Below, piece by piece: positions 55,372 to 64,000 of a DNA stretch of 64,000 nt. Where the stretch lies: NCBI GenBank assembly GCA_964016885.1, contig OZ024744.1:82584001-82648000 (forward strand), given 5' to 3'. The translations under genes and the position numbers were made by a program. Origin of the DNA: Eledone cirrhosa (taxonomy: Eukaryota). How positions within the stretch are numbered: the stretch's first letter is position 1; every line of letters begins with the position of its first letter. Under the pieces are notes generated by a model. That model had not been told where the DNA came from. It did not search any database and saw nothing but the letters and a program-made list of their open reading frames with translations.

Positions 55372-58300
55372 GCATACACTCACAGACATATACTCACGGA
55401 CATATACTCACGGACATATACTGACGTACATACACTCACGGACATATACTCACGGACATATACTCACGGTCATACATTCACGGACATATACTCACGGACA
55501 TATACTCACGGTCATACATTCACGGACATACACTCACGGACATATACTCACGGACATATACTCACGGACATACACTCACGGACATACACTCACGGACATA
55601 CACTCACGGACATATACTCACGGTCATACATTCACGGACATACACTCACGGACATATACTCACGGACATATACTCACGGACATACACTCACGGACATATA
55701 CTCATGGACATATACTCACGGACATATACTCACAGTCATACATTCACGGACATATACTCACGGACATATACTCACGGTCATACATTCACGGACATACACT
55801 CACGGACATATACTCACGGACATATACTCACGGACATACACTCACGGACATATACTCATGGACATATACTCACGGATATATACTCACGGACATATACTCC
55901 CGGACATATACTCACGGTCATACATTCACGGACATATACTCACGGACATATACTCACGGACATATACTCACGGACATATACTCCCGGACATATACTCACG
56001 GTCATACATTCACGGACATATACTCACGGACATATACTCCCGGACATATACTCACGGACATATACTAACGGACATATACTCCCGGACATATACTCACGGA
56101 CATATACTCACGGACATATACTCCCGGACATATACTCACGGTCATACATTCACGGACATATACTCACGGACATATACTCACGGTCATACATTCACGGACA
56201 TATACTCACGGACATATAGTCACGGACATATACTCACGGACATATACTCCCGGACATATACTCACGGACATATACTCACGGACATATACTCCCGGACATA
56301 TACTCACGGACATATACTCACGGACATATACTCCCGGACATATACTCACGGTCATACATTCACGGACATATACTCACGGACATATACTCACGGTCATACA
56401 TTCACGGACATATACTCACGGACATATACTCACGGACATATACTCACGGACATATAATGGCGTACATATACTCACGGACATATACTCACGGACATATACT
56501 CACGGACATATACTGACGGACATATACTCACGGACATATACTCCCGGACATATACTCACGGACATATACTCACGGACATATACTCACGGACATATACTCA
56601 CGGACATATACTCACGGACATATACTGACGGACATATACTCACGGACATATACTGACGGACATATACTCACGGACATATGCTCCCGGACATATACTCACG
56701 GACATATACTCACGGACATATACTCACGGTCATACATTCACGGACATATACTCACGGACATATACTCACGGTCATACATTCACGGACATATACTCACGGA
56801 CATATACTCACGGACATATACTCACGGACATATACTCACGTACATATACTCACGGACATATACTGACGGACATATACTCACGGACATATACTGACGGACA
56901 TATACTCACGTACATATACTCCCGGACATATACTCACGGACATATACTCACGGACATATACTCACGGACATATACTCACGGACATATACTCACGGACATA
57001 TACTGACGGACATATACTGACGGACATATACTGACGGACATATACTCACGGACATATGCTCCCGGACATATACTCACGGACATATACTCACGGACATATA
57101 CTGACGGACATATACTCACGGACATATACTCACGGACATATACTCACGGACATATACTCACGGACATATACTCACGGACATACACTCACGGACATATACT
57201 CACGGACATATACTCACGGACATATACTCACGGTCATACATTCACGGACATATACTCACGGACATATACTCACGGTCATACATTCACGGACATATACTCA
57301 CGGACATATACTCACGGACATATACTCACGTACATATACTCACGGACATATACTCACGGACATATACTCACGGACATATACTGACGGACATATACTCACG
57401 GACATATACTCACGGACATATACTCACGGTCATACATTCACGGACATATACTCACGGACATATACTCACGGACATATTCTCACGGACATATACTCACGGA
57501 CATATTCTCACGGACATATACTGACGGACATATACTCACGGAGGACATATACTCACGGACATATACTCACGGTCATACATTCACGGACATATACTCACGG
57601 ACATATACTCACGGTCATACATTCACGGACATATACTCACGGACATATACTCATGGACATATTCTCACGGACATATACTGACGTACATATACTCACGGAC
57701 ATACTCCAGGACATATACTCACGGACATATACTGGCCTGACGGACATATACTCATGGACATACACTCACGGACATACACTCACGGACATATACTGACGGA
57801 CATACGCTCACGGTCATACACTCACGGACATACACTCACGGATATATACTCACGGACATATACTCACGGACATACAGTCACGGACATACACTCACGGACA
57901 TACACTCACGGACATATACTGACGGACATATACTCACGGACATATACTCACGGACATATTTTCACGGATATACACTCACGGACATACACTCACGGTCATA
58001 CAGTCACGGACATATACTCACGGACATACAGTCACGGACATACACTCACGGATATACACTCACGGACATATACTCACGGACATACAGTCACGGACATACA
58101 CTCTACGGACATACACTCACGGACATATACTGACGGACATACACTCACAGACATACACTCACGGACATATACTGACGGACATATACTGACGGACATATAC
58201 TCACGGACATATACTGACGGACATATACTCGCGGACATATACTCACGGACATACACTCACGGACATACACTCACGGTCATACAGTCACGGACATATACTC

Positions 58301-59018
58301 ACGGACATACAGTCACGGACATACAGTCACGGACATACACTCACGGACATATACTCACGGACATATACACCACGGACATATACTCACGGACATACACTCA
58401 CGGACATATACTGACGGACATATACTCACGGACATACAGTCACGGACATACACTCACGGACATATACTCACGGACATATACTCACGGACATATACTCACG
58501 GACATATACTCACGGACATACACTCACGGACATACACTCACGGTCATACAGTCACGGACATATACTCACGGACATACAGTCACGGACATACACTCCCGGA
58601 TATACACTCACGGACATATACTCACGGACATACACTCACGGACATATACTGACGGACATATACTGACGGACATATACTCACGGACATACTGTCACGGACA
58701 TACACTCACGGACATATACTCACGGACATATACTCACGGAGATATACTCACGGACATATACTCACGGACATACACTCACGGACATATACTCACGGACATA
58801 CACTCACGGACATATACTCACGGAAATATACTCACGGACATATACTCACGGTCATACACTCACGGACATATACTCACGGACATATACTCACGGACATACA
58901 CTCACGGACATACACTCACGGACATATACTCACGGACATATACTCACGGTCATACACTCACGGACATATACTCACGGACATACACTCACGGACATACACT
59001 CACGGACATACACTCACG
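55372..59018. repeat. 14-bp satellite array, consensus CACGGACATATACT, about 260 units
   Basis: 3.65 kb of tandem 14-mers with recurrent variants (cacggtcatacatt, gacggacatatact, cccggacatatact, cacggacatacagt). Confidence 0.98.
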
Positions 59019-59082
59019 CAAATGTATGATTATACGTAAAATAACAACTGTGTAGAGAAAGAAACACAAAAATGATAAGCTT

Positions 59083-59140
<58 letters not shown>

Positions 59141-59220
59141 ATATACTATATAAGTAAAAGTTAAGTGGAAATATCCAAGAGTAAAAGCACCTAGTCCATA
59201 GGACGAGCTTAGTATAAATA

Positions 59221-59348
59221 ATTACAACAGTGACATAAACAGGTACTTAAATGTCGTTGGGTTCAGGACCCCAATTCGTTCAGCCTGTCATTAATGAATT
59301 AGAGTCCAGAACCCAACGACACTTAAGTACATGTTTATGTCACTGTTG

Positions 59349-59352
<4 letters not shown>
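59221..59352. repeat. Fold-back hairpin with ~50-bp arms
   Basis: attacaacagtgacataaac...gttgggttc / gaacccaacgac...gtttatgtcactgttgtaat. Confidence 0.9.
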
Positions 59353-59409
<57 letters not shown>

Positions 59410-59537
59410 GAGAGAGAGAGAAAGACCTGGAGAGGAGATAGGCTCCATCAGTTTATAAGACGCGCTAAAAACGCTGTATGTCACCCCTACGACTTCACCA
59501 GGAGTTAAGCGACATACATACACACACATACACACAA

Positions 59538-59590
<53 letters not shown>

Positions 59591-59714
59591 CAGACACACG
59601 CACATATATATATATATATATAGTAATAATAATAAATTTAAAGACTAAAATCCAAAGAGGGCTCAATAAGGATAAATATATATCAAATATATAAGAACCG
59701 TAGAGCAAATATTT

Positions 59715-59867
59715 ATTAAAATAACAGATTAAAGTTTAAGCCAAGAATCGCTGCTTTCACCCTTAACGGGATCTTCTGAAACTAACAAAGTCGATCCACT
59801 TTGTTAGTTTCAGAAGATCCCGTTAATGGTGAAAGCAGCGATTCTTTGCTTAAACTTTAATCTGTTA

Positions 59868-59874
<7 letters not shown>
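59715..59874. repeat. Fold-back hairpin with ~76-bp arms; the arm also occurs singly at 24799-24870
   Basis: tattaaaataacagattaaagtttaag...aactaacaaagt / actttgttagtt...ctgttattttaata. Confidence 0.9.
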
Positions 59875-59940
<66 letters not shown>

Positions 59941-60689
59941 ACATAAATACATGATGGCTGCCACCTCGTTATCCAGTATGGTCATTGCACGATATACCAT
60001 TATCACTAATTATTAATTAATTCTATCGTGCAATGCCTGTGCGTGAAGATATTTTTTTAAGTAAGGAAAGACTGTGCACTGAGCCAATCCCACTCTTTGA
60101 ACGACAGTAGCTATAACCCGAAAAGAAGAAAAGATCAACATCATCGGTAACTACTGAGCCGCAGGTTTTATATCGGAGTTAAACCAGTTTCCTGAGTTGC
60201 CTACTCCTAGAAGTATGCCCTGACAAAGGCTAGGGGTCCTTCACATAATACATACATACATACATACATACATACATACATACATACACACATACATACA
60301 TATATACATACATACATAAATATATATATAGATATATAAATGGCGTAGACATTACAATACAATACAATAGGAAGGAACATAATAATAATACCACTAATGA
60401 CGTTGCAGATGTGCAACGAAAGAACTTTGATAGACAATATATATATATTTATATGTATATTTTTAACCGTTGCTCAATCAATGATAAACGTGGATTGCCA
60501 CATAAATTAACTATGGAGATATAAAAGATACAGAAGCGAAAACCAACCAAACAGTGAGTGTGTTCTGTTATTATTTCTGGCAATATAACAATATGACCCT
60601 TCCCAAGTATAACGATATATATATATAAAGAGGATTGTAAGGAAAAAACCAACCAGCAAGTGAATACGAAATTAATAGGACTTTATCTA

Positions 60690-61030
60690 CTTGTATAGTT
60701 TGTGCCTGTCATAGGCCAGACTTCAATCACACATGAGAGCACACAATAGGACACTTCCTACTGACCTCAGAACATACCAACCAGTTCACACATATCAATT
60801 CCACATGTGTCACAAAATATGCAAATCTGAAGGATGTCTAAAGAGACATTTCAAGATTCATCAAGATCAGACAGCTCAGGCAGTTGAAGATACTCCGAAT
60901 ATAAGGTGCAAATTTTTTGGACGACATTTTAAAAGTATGTTTGGTTTACGAAATCACATAAGTCCTCATGCCACATTTGAGGTCCTCGTTCATTGATGTG
61001 GTCAAGCTTTGTGTTGAGCAGACAACCGTC
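60690..61030 (+). mobile_element. Probable RTE/BovB-like LINE 3' end with C2H2 zinc fingers
   Basis: HMCHKICKSEGCLKRHFKIH and CKFFGRHFKSMFGLRNHISPH plus an upstream decayed finger (CLS*ARLQSHMRAH); short tail into (TA)n. Confidence 0.6.
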
Positions 61031-61117
61031 ATATATATATATATATATCTTACTTTACTTTATTTTATATTTCTTATTGCATCTTATCTTTATCAATATT
61101 TTCATTATCTCCTCTGA

Positions 61118-61241
61118 CGTTCTGAAGAGCTGCTCCATAACTTTACTTAAGTTACTTATCTACCTCTGAAACAGAACAATAACGATCTAATAATCAATTG
61201 ATCCAGAAACATTATATGGAGTAGCGAAACAATTGTAAACG
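61118..61241 (+). ncRNA. Type I hammerhead ribozyme with 97-nt helix II domain
   Basis: CGUU-CUGAAGA-GCUGCUCCAUA-[75 nt]-UAUGGAGUAGC-GAAA-CAAUUG-UA^AACG; 11-bp closing stem II. Confidence 0.82.
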
Positions 61242-61276
61242 GACATTATTATTCCTTACATTATTATTCCTTACAA

Positions 61277-61467
61277 GGGCGGTGAATTGGCAGTATCGGT
61301 AGAGGGTCGGACACCATCCTTTGACGTATAGAGTTACGGCCCTTGCCATTCTGAGTTCAAATCCCGCCGAGGTTGACTTTGCCTTTCATCCTTACGGGGT
61401 CGATAAAATAAAGTACCAGTAATGCACTGGGGTATTGTTGGCCTTGTGCCAAAAGTAGAAACAATTA
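61277..61467 (+). mobile_element. Full-length SINE family A with TSD attattccttaca
   Basis: A and B boxes, core and TSD. Confidence 0.92.
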
Positions 61468-61587
61468 TTCCTTACATTAAACTACAATTACACTCTTTCT
61501 TCCTTACATTAAACTGCAACTATGTTGACACTCTTTAACTAACGTCTTCCATTTGAATTTTGTGGTCTTATTTCGCTTAACTAATGA

Positions 61588-61659
<72 letters not shown>

Positions 61660-62348
61660 CGTGTGTGTGTGTGTATGCATATAATGGTGTATGTGTGTGA
61701 GTTTGTGGGTTTGCGTGCGTGTGCGTATGCATATATGTGTATTTAGCATTGTCCCCATAGTGAAACGTACATGGATGTAAGTGTATACAAAATCTCAGAA
61801 ATTTAGTATACCTACCAAAACGTTTTACCGTTACTCCCCAGGACAAGAGAGGGAACTTAGGTTAATCAGTGAAAAATCAAAGTGGCAACAGACCTGAAAT
61901 ACCAGCAAAGTCATTTTCAGATCCCTACATGAAGCCTTTCTTCGTAGTTCTTGGAGGGATTCCAATACCCAAATACTGACATCCTCTGTTTGGATCCTCA
62001 CATCCTCACACCCCTCACCCAAATCTCCACACCTCTACTTGAATTTCGCCACACTCTCTTTTAACCTTTAATGCTGAACACTATCTACAGTAACCATGTC
62101 ACTCATACACCCACAAATAAGACACAAAAAGCTCATGCTGACATGAATATAAACAGTTATTATCAACGCTAACCAGACAGGCTTAATTTTGTGTTTTGTA
62201 TAGGTAAAAAAACAACAACAAAATAGCGAGTAACCTACTGGTCACTCGTAATGGATTGGAGGACCTTCTATTAGAATTTTACTAATTACTATACCAAATC
62301 TGCATTTATATAGATTCTGTATGTATACATGAATGTATGTATGTATGT

Positions 62349-62378
<30 letters not shown>

Positions 62379-62381
<3 letters not shown>

Positions 62382-63243
62382 GTAGAATAATCGAGTATCG
62401 AAAAATCGGCGCACGAGTTCACGATAAACAAAAAATTCGACATGAGTGGCAGAGGGCTCAATAATTCAGATAAATCAGAGCTATAACTATCGTTAAAATA
62501 CCAACACACATAGATTATGTCTAAAATCAACCATACGACCGAAAAATTACGATCAGGAAGATTCGGGTCACTCAGATAAAATATCAATAAATCAATAAAT
62601 CATGTGAATGTAAAAAGCTTACCCGGACCCACTAGAAAGATGGTAAATCTAGCTTCTTGGGTTTCTGTAAATCCTTAAACCGCCCACTATCAGCCCACAT
62701 AAAAATATATAAGACTTCTAGAGAGCGGCGGACAGGAAATACTTTATCAACGAGCTTTGTCCAGACGAATAAAAAAGCCAACCCTAGCTGAAAACGTACA
62801 TGGAATCCAGCAAGGGAGATAACCTCTATATCCGCGAAAAATATTCGGGAATGTGGAAAATCACATATCGAATAAGAGTGCTCAATAGACATGTTAAAAT
62901 AAACAGGAGCTATTCATCATTTAATAGAATTGACAAAAAATGAACAATAAAATTAACTGGTCAATAGCTAAGTCTAGAGCTAAATATAGTAGAATAATCG
63001 AGTATCGAAAAATCGGCGCACGAGTTCACGATAAACAAAAATTCGACATGAGTGGCAGAGGGCTCAATAATTCAGAGAAATCAGAACTATAACTATCGTT
63101 AAAATACCAACACACATAGATTATGTCTAAAATCAACCATACGACCGAAAAATTACGATCAGGAAGATTCGGGTCACTCAGATAAAATATCAATAAATCA
63201 ATAAATCATGTGAATGTAAAAAGCTTACCCGGACCCACTAGAA
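62379..63243. repeat. Partial tandem repeat (258-bp direct repeats, period about 607 bp) between TA tracts
   Basis: 62379-62637 is nearly identical to 62986-63243; the spacer is related to 46500-46630. Confidence 0.85.
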
Positions 63244-63271
63244 TATATATATATATATGAATGTATGTATG

Positions 63272-63365
<94 letters not shown>

Positions 63366-63439
63366 CAGTCGATCGACTTTCGTCAAATCGGACCGAGAAA
63401 AGCATGTTTCCACTGGTCTTTCCAATTGCTAATACTATC

Positions 63440-63582
63440 TATCGGTTGCAACTCCAGGTAGAAGGAGCATCGTGAAATAAAGTGTCTTGCTCAAGGACAT
63501 AACGCAACACCCGGTACGGGAATCAAACTCACGACCTCACGAATATGAATCCAATTCTCTAACCACTCAGCCACGCGCCTTC
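63440..63582 (-). mobile_element. SINE family B
   Basis: Reverse complement gaaggcgcgtggctgagtggttagag...gagtttgattccc...ccttgagcaagacac. Confidence 0.85.
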
Positions 63583-63597
63583 ATATATATATATATC

Positions 63598-63776
63598 AAT
63601 GCTCCCGTGGGAGCCACTGCATGGACACACTGGAAGAGGAAGACCGAGGTTAACATATGTTGATGCCCTAAGGACAAACACCTGTCTGTTGGAGACGCAG
63701 GACATAGCAGCGATAATGAGGAACAGAGACCGCTGGAGAGAACTCGTCCATGGATCTCGGGAATTTTCCCCGCCCT
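63598..63776 (+). mobile_element. RTE-clade LINE 3' fragment
   Basis: LPWEPLHGHTGRGRPRLTYVDAL...MRNRDRWRELV, the typical RTE C-terminal RGRP/DR..WR motif; between TA tracts. Confidence 0.8.
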
Positions 63777-64000
63777 ATATATATATATATATATATATAG
63801 TTAAAAGAATAGAGGTGTAACACACAAGTTATTATATATTGGTAAACGGAATAGAAAATGCTGACAAATTGTTCACAGTGAAAAATAGTTTAATTAGGAA
63901 TAAGTGAGAATTAGTAATTGCATTCAGTTTTGGTTTTAAGTTTTACCGGTTGCGCATTTCTAAATGCTTTTCAAAAATAATTTTGAGATAGAGCGTCCGT

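Noticed and set aside
55279-59055. Long His-rich ORFs as a real gene, or the array as CRISPR
   Set aside because: They arise from a 14-bp satellite with frame-breaking indels and stop variants; there are no unique spacers and no cas genes, and the DNA is eukaryotic.
59808-59850. CAGAAGA...GAAA hammerhead-like motif (also at 24805)
   Set aside because: No stem I or stem III pairing and no suitably placed NUH site.
60733-60996. Host C2H2 zinc-finger gene
   Set aside because: The fingers are decayed, lack TGEKP linkers and end in a short tail into (TA)n, which fits a LINE 3' end better.

Overview
Repeat-saturated, AT-rich eukaryotic DNA, intronic or intergenic. It is most consistent with an octopus or other coleoid cephalopod; this is inferred from the tRNA-derived SINE families and the extreme (TA)n/(CA)n/(TATG)n density. 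No intact host protein-coding gene is recognisable, and most ORF-track entries are microsatellite or satellite artefacts. Penelope-like retroelements (PLEs) dominate: a near full-length decayed Naiad-like copy (26398-31114), truncated Naiad-like copies, a second PLE lineage, and many non-coding inverted or fold-back terminal-repeat (pLTR) remnants set in (TA)n tracts. By eye I find about 25 type-I hammerhead ribozyme (HHR) motifs. They include forms with a very long helix II (64-117 nt), a U3:A8 covariant core, U4C cores and an unusual CAGUUGA core. In the long Naiad-like copy the sense strand begins at the predicted HHR cleavage site. A 420-nt non-coding HHR-bearing tandem unit looks like a retrozyme. 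Also present: a decayed Tx1/L1 LINE whose 3' part lies upstream of its 5' part with matching breakpoints, CRE-, R4- and RTE-like fragments, two SINE families, three non-autonomous Helitrons, a 3.6-kb 14-bp satellite and a possible pair of host exons on the minus strand. All RNA structures were folded by eye and have not been computed or tested.
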